From Marsupella aquatica (taxonomy: Eukaryota > Plantae > Marchantiophyta), in contig OZ316897.1 of assembly GCA_973895155.1 (NCBI GenBank), positions 3,752,211-3,816,210 on the forward strand: a stretch of DNA of 64,000 bases. The letters run 5' to 3'. The notes under the pieces are model-generated. The model saw only the letters and a program-made list of their open reading frames with translations. It did not search any database and was not told the DNA's origin. Below are positions 14,131-26,213 of this stretch, one piece after another. Position numbers and translations under genes: made by a program. How positions within the stretch are numbered: the stretch's first letter is position 1; each line of letters opens with the position of its first letter.

Positions 14131-16460
14131 CTAGCGCCTCGTGAAGACGAAGACAGTGCCTCTGGATCCCCGACCGAGCCGTACTCTGTCATCGAGAAAA
14201 GTTATAGCAATTTTCACAGAGGAAGTTTTGCCGTATTGGAACTTGAGGGGTCCAAGCTGAAAGAACGGTGCTTCAAAATCGATCTTGATCAACTTCTGGT
14301 CGAGAGCTTCCAACTTGCCTTCAGTGATTGAAGGAAATTGACCACAATAAACACAGAGGAGGCAGGTTAGAAATGAGCATATTATTTGAGAACCATAGAG
14401 CAAAAATTGAAGACTGTCCCCGAGTTCAAGGCAAACCATCATTAGAACCTTCATCGAGCAGAAGCTAAAGAATATGATAGAGCAGTAAAAGGTGGCGAAT
14501 TTCAGTCTCAAACCTCGCAATTGAACTTCCCCGGGGATGACGCCGAAGAGGGAAAATCGAACAGCGTTCACAATGGCATCCGGTGCATTCACAGCCTGGA
14601 CCATTTCTCTGGTTCTGAAAATCAGCCGACCAATCCAGGTCCGATAACCACCCCCGGGCGAAAGAGGATTTGAGGAATACGCCACATCCCAATCTGCAAC
14701 CGAAGGGCCGATGCATTATTGATCAATAATTCAATCACAAATAGATGCCCTTATGTAAGGTGACTCCTCTGAAGGTCATTGGAGCATTGATACGCCGTCT
14801 ATAACCCACACCAGCTGTCCCCTAGAACAGAATTTTCGGAGGTACAATTCTGCGGAAGTCATCCTGCTTATTACAAACTTTCTCAAAGAATTAAAGCACA
14901 ATTATGGGAAAATTATTCAGTAGTATTCCTCAGGATTTGGAGCTTATGTAAGATTGCTGCTTCATGGAAGGCCGGAATTTGGGAGGTCACAGTCTGATTT
15001 CCAAGGCTTCCCCTAGAGAGGTAAGAAGGCATTGCCTCCCACTTTTGGAGGGTCTACAAGATTTTCTAATGAGTTGTTGAAGCGGAACTAGTGTCAAAGT
15101 TGGGTATGAAAAGTGGCCCACAGTCTGCCTTCAAAGCTCATTCTCTCGTCCAAACGACATACCTCCGAAAATCAGAGGGCTTTGAAGAGGCTCCGGGATA
15201 CTATACTGCTCCAGCTGGCCGACTACCTCACCAACTTTGGCGTGGTCTTCCTTCCCAAACCGAGCACCCCTGTCACTCCCCTCCACCTGCAGCAAAGTGC
15301 CCATCAGCGTCCTGCCCATGTTGCTGAGTGTCACGAAGCGGCCGACTGTAAACTTTCCAGGATCAAACTAAACGATCCCTGAATTCCAGCCAAAAGAGTG
15401 CTAGATGACCCAAAATTAGCAAAATTTGGAGACCAGATTACTTTTTTCTGTCTGACGCCTTATGAAAGTCTTAATTACAGACTTTCGTGTGTTCTTCAGA
15501 ATATTAAAAGCAGCAAGAACTGTTTCCAGAGCAAACCAACTACGCTGGATGCAAGCACTTGAAGATAGTCTGCTGAAGGCTTTCACAGAACAATGGTCTA
15601 GATCAATAAACAAGAAATTGCAGCTCGAGGAACCAATGGGAAATAAAAGGATAGACACAACCCAAGGAGGAACCCGTCGAACATATAAAATGCAGAAACC
15701 TGTCATTACCAGTTTGGAGGTTACATTGCTTAACGCAAATTCCTTGACGCAAATTCCTTCTTAGAACTCTGTGGCTCGAAAATCCGAGAGCGCTGGAATC
15801 GGTGCAATTTCGTTCCCAGAACTTGACACCAAAAATGGACGATCCCCGGTTAAAGAATGTGTTGAGTATCAACACTTTAAACCTCGGTACCTCTCGCCTT
15901 CCTCAATTTAGAGAGAGAATTTGTTTCAAAGCTCGACACTGCTTAAAAGCAGCCACTTACCGAAATGCGAAACACAAAATTAAAAGATGACGAGAGCCTT
16001 TTCAAACTTGTCACACCGCACGTCACCCAGAAATTTCCTACCAAAATTTCGATTCCGGCGAGCGATCACGGCGGGATGAGAAGGTCCTCACCAGAGACAG
16101 AAGCTTTCCGAGGAGTTCCTTCTCCTTGTCCGTCTCCGCCTCGTCGCTCTCCGCCACAGACGTGACATCCACGCTCACAGAAGCCACGGCTCCCCATCGC
16201 TTCCTCTTCTGAAAGACTGCCAACCTCACAAACCCCACCTCGCTCCTGTTCGATCCACTGAGCTGCTGAGATCTCTCTCTCTTGAACGACAGCGAGAGTG
16301 TCGCCCTTCCGAAGCGTGCCGCATTGTCAGTGCTGAAGCAGACGCCCGAAGAAACTGTCCATGACGAAGAGGAGGAGCAGACGCATCCGTCGAAGAGCGA
16401 GGTGGAGCTTCCCGAGACTAGAGCTGCACGCGACATCGTCGTAAAGCTCGACACCGCCAT
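14131..16460 (-). CDS. FBN6: Plastid lipid-associated protein / fibrillin (FBN6/PAP8-like), 4 exons
   Basis: Exons 16460-16092, 15286-15163, 14693-14514, 14318-14131 with GT-AG junctions in phase. Ser-rich transit peptide. Fibrillin motifs GSDRG, GDWDVAYSSNPLSPGGGYR and TFLDDRVRLGRGSRGTVFVF. Confidence 0.88.
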
Positions 16461-18205
16461 AGCTCGCTCTGCCCCTCTCACTGCGTTGACGAGGATCCAA
16501 GTAGGATTTCGTTCAGGACTCTAGAACGGAACAACAGGGTTTCTCCAGGGTCCTTAGCTAGGATGGGATCGACGGTTGTGAGATCCATCTTCGAAGCGGA
16601 GGAGAGGCCAGAACCGTCGATCTTGGTCAATATAGAAGACAGCTAAGGAATGAAGCCAGGTCGTTGTCCTTCGGGGATAAGGAAATAATCCCTTAAAGAG
16701 TTTTCGGGACTCTGCTCTTTAATCTCGTGGTTTACGCTTTATTAGCTCAGTGCCCATGGATTTGATAATGTTTTAAGTGATGTTATCCTAAGTGTTGTTG
16801 AACATTGTGAGATTGCTACTGGTGATATTGTGCAAAAGTGTTGTCAAGCATAAGTGAGATGTCTATTGGAGGTTACAAGGAGTTGATGAGTTGACCTGGT
16901 TACAACATTTTGAGGAGTGTGCTGGCTATGGGGAGAGTGATGGGTTGGGCTCAGAAAAGTACACAATGGGTAAAGGATAAATGTCACCATAATCCAATGA
17001 TTCTTGTCAAAATGACATTTAAAAAAAAAGAAAGCATGACGAAAGAGAGTGGGGTTACATATATTATAGTGTTTCCAGAGATTTGCCATACTCATCCAAT
17101 TTAAACTCTAAATCAATCTTTCACCCTTCGTGAAAATGATGTCTGACTGGAAAATATTATGAAAACCAAAATCTAAGTAATAAAGCGCAATCTAAAGCTA
17201 CTCCGTGGGCCTCCTGTCCATGGGCGTTCTGTCCAAAGCCTCCAGACATGATTGAAAATGAGGTGGAGACGAAAAGGGAAAGGGAACAAGAAATAGGCTG
17301 GAATCCTGTTTAATGCAAGGTATTTCTTTCTCCTCATCTCTATGTAGGTTCAAGGAAGGGGTAATCAGGCTACTCTAACCCTCATTGTGGATGATGATGA
17401 TGGTTAGAACTCCATTTCTCAACTATGAGATGACAATGATACTGTCTCACAAATTGCCCAAAATATAGTAAGGCTCTTTTGTCTACACGGTTGCAGTGTA
17501 TGTGAAATGAGTACTATGTGGTTACCTGAAGTACTTATGCACCCAGTGTGGTATTCATGAGTCCATTTTAGTATAGTAGTATTCATACCTCCATTTGAAA
17601 GTGCTATATCTCAAAAGTTTGTGTACATTCATTTGGATTTTCCGAGGCAAAAAAAAAAAAAAAGTTTGTGTATATCAGAGTTTTCCAATTCTTTCTTTGG
17701 GAGGACCAAATCCTGGAAAAGAGATCCACTAGAAATTCATTCGAAACCTTGTCCCAAGCTCACTTTATTACGCTGGTGGAGATGGTCCTGCTCTCGTGCA
17801 CGATCATGGCGGCACGGCCATCGATGGTGAGTTCGTGACACTGAGTTTTTTGAGACGAACCCACAACGAGATCAGTCGAATCCCCTCCGAAAGATGTACT
17901 AAGTGGAAGGCCACATAAGAAATCCTAAACACAAACATTTTACATAGCTGCTGTCTACACAGATTCCTCCACGTACAAAATCGAAATCGCACAGACTTCC
18001 AATCTCCACAATGTCGAGGTCTACAGCTAGCAGTGATCAGCATTCAATCGGGAATTCAATCCGGAATCTAGTACTTTATTATTTCTTGCTTCCCGTTCTG
18101 TAGTGTGCTCGGAATTTTCTGAACCGTAAAGCTTCATTCACTCATGAAGAAAATCCTGACAGAAGCTCTACCTGCAATATAAGCTACGATCATGTCTATG
18201 GCGTT

Positions 18206-19219
18206 TTAATGGATTGGATGGAGAGGGTTTCCAACGCTACCGAGTACTTTGTAGACTCGAGAATCGATGCTGTACTGGTACAAACGGAGGACACCATCAG
18301 GATCCACGCGAACGAATTGAGATGTGAAAACACCGGCAGCCGGGTTCGGCACACCGATGACAACCGCCACATTTTGATCGCCCTTGCCACAAATGCTCGG
18401 GTCGGCCTTCGGCGACGTCTTCGTCAAATCGGGCGTGATCACGAGCCCCAAGGAAATGTTGAAGAACTCGTCGTTGGGATGGAGGCAAGTGTACATCACG
18501 TTGTGCAGAGTGTTCTGCTGCGTCTCAGCGGACTGGAAGTAATATATCGAATTGGTGCTGTTCGTCAGGACTAGACCTCCCGGGAAGGCCGTCATGTTGT
18601 ATTTCGCGCTGCCATAATTTGTGCCCTGGGAACTGATCGTCATAATCGCTGCCACAAGAGAGTTGCCCGACTTGAGGTACTGACCGGGGAGCAACGAGTC
18701 GGCGGGGTGGTCAAAGCTTTGCCACAAGGTTTTGTTTGCGCCGTTGAGCAGCTGCAGGTTTCCAGAAAGGTCCAGCGTCGCAGACGCAATGGCAGAAGAC
18801 GATGGAAGCTGTGTCGACCACACCCTAGTTCCATCCGAGTCAGTGAGAACGAGATTGCCTGATGAGTCCAGGGCGAGCGTTGCGTTCTCGCTCACAAGCT
18901 TGTCTCGGTTAGCGCTCCACACCGTGTTCCACAAAGATGGATCACCCCCTGGTTTGGTGATCAGGCTCAGGTAGAATTTGGAGTTTGGCGGGACCTGCGG
19001 GGACGGTGGTCCCGTGTTTAAGAAAACTAGCGCGAATTCGTAGTTATCTTCGATCCAGACGTACCTGATGATGTCCCCGTTCTTCACCCGATTGTTCACC
19101 GTGTTGTTGTTCACTACCTTGAAGCCCGCTGGAATTGGCCATTGCGTCGCGGACGCAATGCTCGCCATCCACAGCAGAGTGAGCACAGCAAATGCCTGGA
19201 CACATCCTGCTCTCGTCAT
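18206..19219 (-). CDS. Secreted bulb-type (B/G-type) lectin, EP1-like glycoprotein, intronless, no kinase
   Basis: Signal peptide MTRAGCVQAFAVLTLLWMASIASA. Motifs VWSANRD, LDSSGNLVLTDSDGTRVWST, LWQSFDHPADSLLPGQ and FVRVDPDGVLRLY. Confidence 0.88.
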   Translation of the reverse strand: MTRAGCVQAFAVLTLLWMASIASATQWPIPAGFKVVNNNTVNNRVKNGDIIRYVWIEDNYEFALVFLNTGPPSPQVPPNSKFYLSLITKPGGDPSLWNTVWSANRDKLVSENATLALDSSGNLVLTDSDGTRVWSTQLPSSSAIASATLDLSGNLQLLNGANKTLWQSFDHPADSLLPGQYLKSGNSLVAAIMTISSQGTNYGSAKYNMTAFPGGLVLTNSTNSIYYFQSAETQQNTLHNVMYTCLHPNDEFFNISLGLVITPDLTKTSPKADPSICGKGDQNVAVVIGVPNPAAGVFTSQFVRVDPDGVLRLYQYSIDSRVYKVLGSVGNPLHPIH

Positions 19220-20274
19220 CCTCGGCGCATCGAACTGAGTTTCAATTCAGACTTATCCAATTCAATGGTATCTCAAAAGTGATTTACAAATCGGCTCACT
19301 ATCATCGGCAGCCCTAGATGGCATTCATGATTTATAGATTTTAAGGATCGATTCGCCCTCGAGGTGACGGCTATTCGTCATTTCGGATGAAGGCAAAGGA
19401 AGTGGAGATAGCAACTTTTAAAACGAGGCTAGCTCCTCCAATGTATTTGTAACCATCACCTGCAGCAAGTTAATTATGTTGCAACTGTACAGGAGGCCAA
19501 CTGGCGAAATGCCGCTGGATCAAAACTCTTCTCCAACAAGGCACCTTTGGAACGAGTACAGTACTACAGTCAGTCCCCAAAGTCACCCTCATTATCACGG
19601 ATTTGGAAAGCTACGACTGGAATTCATGGCGATTACACGGTCAATGGTTATGTGGCAGGCGGCCAGTGCGAGTCGGATGTTCTTTCGTGCGGTGTCTCGG
19701 CTCTCGAGCGTTAAATCTTATGCGCCCATGCAGCTCACTGTCCCACCTTCCTGTCTGGATAGATAGCAACATAGAATGATAAACAGTACTACAAGCGCGT
19801 GCTGGATTATCCTTTCTTATTGATAGATTGACAGAATAGAGATTATCTCGGCAGCGAAAGACTTAAGTAGGCACCTGAGCGAGAGCAGCTTCTGCTGGAT
19901 TTCTACGTTCACCAATCACCACTTTCTCTCCATTGCTCCACTAAATCACGGATCGGACTTGACATCATTGTTTGGATCATTGGATCGTTCGCTTGCTGAC
20001 GTCCCTTGCTAATTGGCCGGCTCCCCAACCTGGTTGACGCGGACAAGGCAGTGGGGCTCACAAAGCAGTTAGGCGATCTGTTGACACCTTGACAATTGTA
20101 TTAAGCGACAGCCATGTCTGGATTGTCACTGTGACAGTGAGGCTGCTGCATTGGTTTCTACGAGGTCGCGTCTTCGAGAGGACGCAAACAGACAGTCAAA
20201 AGGACAGACTGTGTTTGGGATATTGGTCCTCGCTCATTAAAGTGGTTTTTTTTCCTTGAAAACTTAAAGCAGGC

Positions 20275-20810
20275 CCAGAGGATAGACTGTCCCCATCCCA
20301 TCCAACAGAGGACAGACTGTCCTCTTTGCTCTGGAGCATGCAATTTTATGCCCCTATCCAGTCCAACTCTGTGCTCTAGAGCACGCAATTTTATGCCCCT
20401 ATCCAGTCCAACTCCGCCCCTATCCAGTCCAACTCTTTGCTCTGGAGCATGCAATTTTATGTCCCTATCCAGTCCAACTCTTTGCTCTGGAGCACCGCCC
20501 CTATCCACCAGTCCAACTCTTTGCTCTGGAGCATGCAATTTTATGTCCCTATCCAGTCCAACTCTTTGCTCTGGAGCATGTAATTTTATGTAGTGCAGCC
20601 ACAAGGGGACTGCTCTGCTCACAGAGGATAGACTGTCCCCATCCCATCCAACACAGAGGATAGACTGTCCCCATCCCATCCAACAGAGGATAGACTGTCC
20701 TCTTTGCTTCTGAGCATGCAATTTTATGCCCCTATCCCATCTAACAGAGGATAGAGTGTACTCTTTGCTCTGGAGCATGCAATTTTATGTACGGCAGCCA
20801 CAAGGGAACA
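20275..20810. repeat. Compound minisatellite (~42-bp TGCTCTGGAGCATGCAATTTTATG(C/T)CCCTATCCAGTCCAACTC and ~29-bp AGAGGATAGACTGTCCCCATCCCATCCAAC units)
   Basis: Directly visible repeated units. Confidence 0.9.
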
Positions 20811-20812
20811 AT

Positions 20813-20980
20813 AGGGCGTGTCAAAGCGTAGTTGTAACTCAGTTACGATTCAGGACATAAAAGGTTGTTACTGCCAGGACAAAATCACTTTGGGCTACCA
20901 AAATATGTGCCCCATAAGGTGAGACGTCCAGAAAAATAAAACATTAACACTTTGGTTACGGGAGAACTTTGACATGCCCT
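20813..20980. mobile_element. 168-bp MITE (PIF/Harbinger-related type)
   Basis: TIRs AGGGCGTGTCAAAG / CTTTGACATGCCCT (14 bp, 1 mismatch). 3-bp TSD AAT at 20810-20812 and 20981-20983. Removing it restores the host repeat unit GG(G/A)ACAATACCC. Confidence 0.8.
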
Positions 20981-21984
20981 AATACCCAGGAAGGGTAGCC
21001 ACAAGGGGACAATACCCAGGGATCTGACAGGGACTTAGACAAGGAGGGAGCGAGGGTTAAACAATACCCAAGGAAGGGTAGCCACAAGGGGACAATACCC
21101 AGGGATCCACACAGACCTAGTGCAAGAGGGAGAGAGGATTAAACCAGGCACCAAAATGGACAAGAGGGGCTGAGGAGATAACCAATACTTCTACCACTAC
21201 ACCCCACCCACAGGCACAGATATACCTTTCACACCCCTTGCCTTTGGAGGGGAGATTGAACCTGGGACCTCTCGGTTCTAGGCTCATCTCCTGGCCAACT
21301 GACCAAAGTCAGTTTTACTAACACCAAATCATGTGTTGAATTGGCCATTGATGACTGATATTGTGATACAATTTGTGGCTACTGTAGAAGCTTCTTCTGT
21401 TAGCTTTGGCCATACAGGTTGATTAATTATTGTCATTGTGTGGTTTTGACATTTTTGTGTGAAATTTGTGGTCTATTAGGAGCATCTCCAGAGGTTAGTG
21501 AGTTTGGCTATTGTAAGGATTAAACACAGAGTCTTACCACATGCTTTCTATAGTTTATTGTAGAGTCATCCGGCTCACACAATAAATATATTATTATTAA
21601 AATTTGGGACCCTCCTAACAAAACTTCTTTTGCCTGGATGAGGCAGAAAATTTGTACTACTCTACTTCCTGTGTCCTGCCCCCCTTTTGCAAGAACCAAA
21701 CTCACCTGGCCAAGCACAAGAGACCTCAGGGTCACTTTCCATCCAACCCCGTTCCCCTATCTTCCAATTATGATTTCCCGTTTTCAGATGAGGTGGGGTG
21801 GGGATTCGAAGCAAATCTCAAATAAAAAAAGGATCTAGGCTATGGTTTCAGAGTCTTGTCACGTATCTTGAAGTATGGAACAGAAAACATCATGCCCCCC
21901 CCAACCTCCCAACGCTGTCCATTAGGTGCTGTTATTACACAGCTTAATGAATTACCTGAATGAAATTCAGGGAAACCCAAAAAC

Positions 21985-22220
21985 GAAATAATGTTGGAGC
22001 AAATACAAAAGTCATGCAGTGCCCCGGATCAAGTATTGTTGATCTGACACCCAGAACTTGATGCAAATACCCTTAGGTGGTGTAATACACAGATAAATGA
22101 ATCACCCAAACGAAAATGAGCGAGACCAAAAATAAAATAATGTTGGAGCAAATACATAGCTGTCAATTGTGCCCCATACTACTGTTGTTGACATGATACC
22201 CACAACTCGATCCGAATAAA
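21985..22220. repeat. Degenerate direct duplication (~150-bp period)
   Basis: AAATAATGTTGGAGCAAATACA...GTGCCCC...TGTTGA...ACCCA(G/C)AACT occurs twice. Confidence 0.65.
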
Positions 22221-22542
22221 GTGCATCTGCAGGAGCATCATACAGTCCATCTCATTGTACAGAGCCAGAGGTTTGCGTGCAGAATGGAATGGAATGAAAT
22301 GTCTGGAGAGAGTTCAACCAGAAGTCGTAAACATATATAACACTGCCAGACGAACAAAAAGCGTCCGACCAGGAAACAGGATCCCAAAGGCCCCGACACC
22401 CAATAAATGGGAGAAGACAAGGGGAAAACCCCAGGAAGACCACAGAGTCGACTAAGCCTGAGAGTCCCCAACGAAGTGAAAAGATTTGAAACCCATGTGA
22501 AAAGGCTGCGTGAGGTTTACAAGTGGCATTCGTTTACAAGCG

Positions 22543-25368
22543 TCAAGCCCATTGAACTGTATCAGGTATTCTAAAACCTTCCCTACTCCTCCCAACAAGG
22601 TTATTTCCTTTATGAGAGCTAATCTTCCCCTCAACAGTTTTCTCTTTGGGTGGGAACTCGGGCTGTATGAGGGCCTTCAAGACCTCCAACCTCTCCACAC
22701 TTTCCAATGCCTGCCTCGCATTTTTTAGATCACTGACTTTACTCACGACTAAATGCCAAGGTAGGTCCGCATGTTTGTCCATGAACTGAACGCCTCGATA
22801 GAAATGGCTGAAGTCAGAGCCCCAGCAGCCCTTCATCACAATGTGCTTTCTGTTTATCAGATGGTGGGGATTTATACTGACATCACCGTTGTCAGTGTAT
22901 TGACCAACGACTACGTACATTCCTCCATTCCTACAAAATGTCAAACCCTCAGCAACTGCTTCCGGCCTTCCTGTTGCTTCAATCACAACATCTGCCAGTC
23001 GGCCCTCAGTCAACTCTTCCACTTGCTTTTGTCTCTCGGATGGGCTCGTTATCTGTACAAAGCACGGACCACGAAATAAAAATCCATAACCTGACGTCGC
23101 AAAGGAGCAGCTGATCTTCTTGTTGATCTGCAAATGCACGTCCATCTCAATAACGACTTATGACAACCAAACCAGACCTCAAATAGAGAGCATCCAGTGG
23201 CCATTGCTCATGTTCAAAACGAAAACCTCCCTTTAATTGCCAAACCAAGTCAGGCCAGGGCATTTCTTCTCAACTTCTAGTGAACACCTACCTCTTGTAT
23301 ATTGATGGTAGCATCGATTCCGAAAGCTTTGACTACTTCAAGACGATGAGCTGGGGCTCCAATTACAATGACCTGTACTGCCACTTGAGTTGGTCAGAAG
23401 TGTAGCTTGCCAAACTATTCACAATTGTTTTCTATGTACACGAAGCCAGACGCGGCGGAGTGATTTTTTGCTTCTTCTTCTTTTTGTGTGTGTGGTGCGG
23501 GGGGGGTCAAGGGCTCAGACAAACCTGGCCGGCACCACTGGAACGCGCCAGTATTGCTGCTAGAAGACCAACTGGACCGGAACCTTGGATAACTACACGA
23601 TCCATCAAACGAATGTTTGCCCTATCCACAGCATGCAGTGCTGTTGGCAACCTGCCAGAACTTAAGATTCAACTATCAACCATTTGTAATAGATGACCAA
23701 AACTTGACCCGTCTCGTGGAATAATTGAAGATATGGTGGACAAGAATTTGCAGACTAAAATTGAAATTTAGACCTGTTCCACTTGAGCATGGACAGTTCC
23801 AAATACAAACATTCGAACTATATTCTGAGTAAAGCCCTTTGTGGCTGTCGTGACTAAGTTCTTCATGCTGTGAAGAGAAAAAGGTTCAAAAAGATGTAAA
23901 TTAATTACCCACAACCACCACCCATGAATACTTTTGGTGAAAGAGTAGTTGGTAACCGGATGATCTTGGTTTTGGGGGGTAGATAGATGAACGACGACCA
24001 ACAACCTAGAAGACCAGTGACTGCGTGTGCATTAGCCAGACAAGTAATTCCAAGAACCCGTCTGTGTGGACACCGAGTTGACTGTTTGTCTACCTGCCAC
24101 GTTGATAGCACTGTCAAAATTGCAAAAATGTAACCGCATGGAAAATATGACGTAATGAAATCGAAGATCTCGATAGAGCGGAAAACAACGACAACTTGGT
24201 TTTCCTCTAAATTTGCTTTCCCAGCAAGAGCCCCGGGAGAGAGGCATCACAGTGGTGAAATCGGCGTGATTGAAAGTACGAAATCAAGGATAAATTGAAT
24301 TGCAGTTATAATCAGGGCTGAACGTTGCTAAGTGACCTGCTTGCATCCCTGGAGCATGAGCAATTCAGTCCACAGTGGCTTGCATGATACATGTCATAAA
24401 CTCGTGTCGAGCAAGTTCTAGTTCTGAGGATGAATGATTCCGAAGAGAGCATACCAGGCATGTGATACATGAATTACACGTATCTATGACATCCAGAAAT
24501 GTTACCATATCGCCTTCCACCACCTGGATTGGGCCAATTTCCCATCAGGTTGTGCTCTGTGCGCATGAAATAAAGATTCACTTTCAGACCACTCCCTCAC
24601 CTGAACAAGGAAAACTACTGTAGGTATTCATTTTTGTCAATTTCCAGGTACTGCTTCGAAATGTCAAATTGCAATATGCCCGATGTTCATGCTCTTCAAA
24701 CACCAAAAATGTTTCCTGTTGTCTGCGAAAGTATGTCTCGACTCGTATAATCAGCGTCTATTCTTCTACCAACTGCTCAACTTCTCATCACTCACTTAGC
24801 TCCGTATGCAATCCCCTTTTTGCTCATTCTCTAAATTTTAATGCTCTTTGTTTGGGTTGATCCAATTCGAATATTCAAAACTATTAATTTCAACATGAAT
24901 AATTCTCCGTATCTGCAACAAGCCAGCTGCTCAAACAATGCAAGATTACGCGAAACTGAAGTTCTAAAATTCCATTCTGCGCCAACCAATTCATCCTTCA
25001 TCTCAACAGTCCATCAATCAAATCATTCACAAGCGGTGCTATGAAGAGCATACAGGAACGCCAGCAACATCGCAAACCGGTCCCACAGACGCGTGTACAC
25101 GGCCTACACCGACATGGCCCGGGATGATAGGGTACGGCACGAGGTCAAGACGGCCATGGAGAAGGTGCACATCAGTGCCGCAGACCTCCGCCAGCTCCGT
25201 TCGCAGCAAAACCGATCCAAGCTCCATATCCGCCAGCTGCAATCTCGACCTCTGAACCTCAAGCTTTCCGTCCTTGTGCATCAGCACGCATTCGTTGTCT
25301 ACCCACTCTCCGTGCTCTTCCTTCTCGGCCTTCCGCACCCTGCCCTCCTCCCCACTTTCATCCGCCAT
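22543..25368 (-). CDS. Zn-dependent medium-chain dehydrogenase/reductase (bacterial-type alcohol/polyol dehydrogenase), 6 exons
   Basis: Exons 25368-25054, 24523-24455, 24093-23909, 23651-23525, 23372-23292, 23052-22543 in phase. Motifs: EVCGTDVH, PIIPGHVGVG, structural Zn C-x2-C-x2-C-x8-C (TCNSCITCLVDKQSTRC), Rossmann QGSGPVG, DVVIEATG. Confidence 0.9.
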
Positions 25369-25439
25369 CGCTATTCCCCGTCTTCTCTCTCTCGTGATCT
25401 CTCACTCCAATTTTCTCGCAGCTCTCTTCCCTTCTAGTG

Positions 25440-26110
25440 AAGTGAATTACGCGCTCCAACAATGTGGGATACGGGGGTGGGGGCTCAAATGTCGGGGTGA
25501 TCGCGCCATGAGACCTGCTCACGTCTCTCCCTTTTCGCTCAAAGTGAATTGAAGCACGCGCTCCGACAATGTGGGAGACTAGGGGAGGGGTCCGATATTG
25601 GGGGCTGTCACACCATGGAACCCCCTAGCCCTATCCCTCTAGTCAAATGAAGGACGCACTCCGACAATGTGGGAGATGGGGGCAGGGGGTCGAATATCGG
25701 GAGCGATCATACCATGGAACCCGCCTAGTCTCTCCCTTTTCAATCAAGTGAGGTGAAATACTCGCTCCGACAATGTAGGAGCGGGGGGCAGGGGGTCGAA
25801 ATTCTGGGGCAATGACGCCATGAAACTCCTAACTATTAAGTGAGGTGAAATACTCGCTCCGACAATGTAGGAGCGGGGCACGGGGTCGAAATTCTGGGGC
25901 AATGACGCCATGAAACCCCTAACTATCAAGTGAGGTGAAATACTCGCTCCGACAATGTAGGAGCGGGGGGCAGGGTGTCGAAATTCTGGGGCACTGACGC
26001 CATGGAACCCGTAACTCTATCCGGCTTTAGCGAAGTACGCGCTCCCAAAATGTGGGAGACGGTGGCGGGGGGTAGAATATCAGGGGCCCTCACGGCATGG
26101 AACCCTATCA
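25440..26110 (+). repeat. Tandem array of 7 ~90-100-bp units with a CGCTCC-N9-GGAGCG hairpin and G-runs, filling a divergent promoter
   Basis: Core CTCC(G/A)ACAATGT(A/G)GGA...GGGGG...GAA(A/T)T...CCATG(G/A)AAC occurs 7 times. Units 4-6 are nearly identical and the outer units are degenerate. Confidence 0.9.
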
Positions 26111-26213
26111 CGATCTATCGTCTTGGGACACTCCGAGACCTTGCTTTGCTCGGGATTTCGTTTCGTGTTCAGTGGAGTTCAGTTCAGAGCATCGTCCGAC
26201 GACGATCACGAAA

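Larger units (their letters stand above)
20246..21305 (-). mobile_element. tRNA-headed SINE-like element with internal tandem repeats and A-rich tail
   Basis: Minus strand: A-box-like TGGTCAGTTGG (21305-21295) and B-box-like GGTTCAATCT (21262-21253). These are followed by GATCCCTGGGTATTGTCCCCTTGTGGCT units, a GCATGCTCCAGAGCAAAGAG minisatellite, and an end at CAAGGAAAAAAAA (~20246). A related copy lies at 29255-29560. Confidence 0.55.

Noticed and set aside
20158-20778. 206-aa repetitive ORF
   Set aside because: Translation of the minisatellite; no evidence of coding.
25440-26110. CRISPR-like array (repeats with a hairpin)
   Set aside because: The sequence between hairpins is itself repeated rather than unique spacers, there are no cas genes, and the context is eukaryotic.
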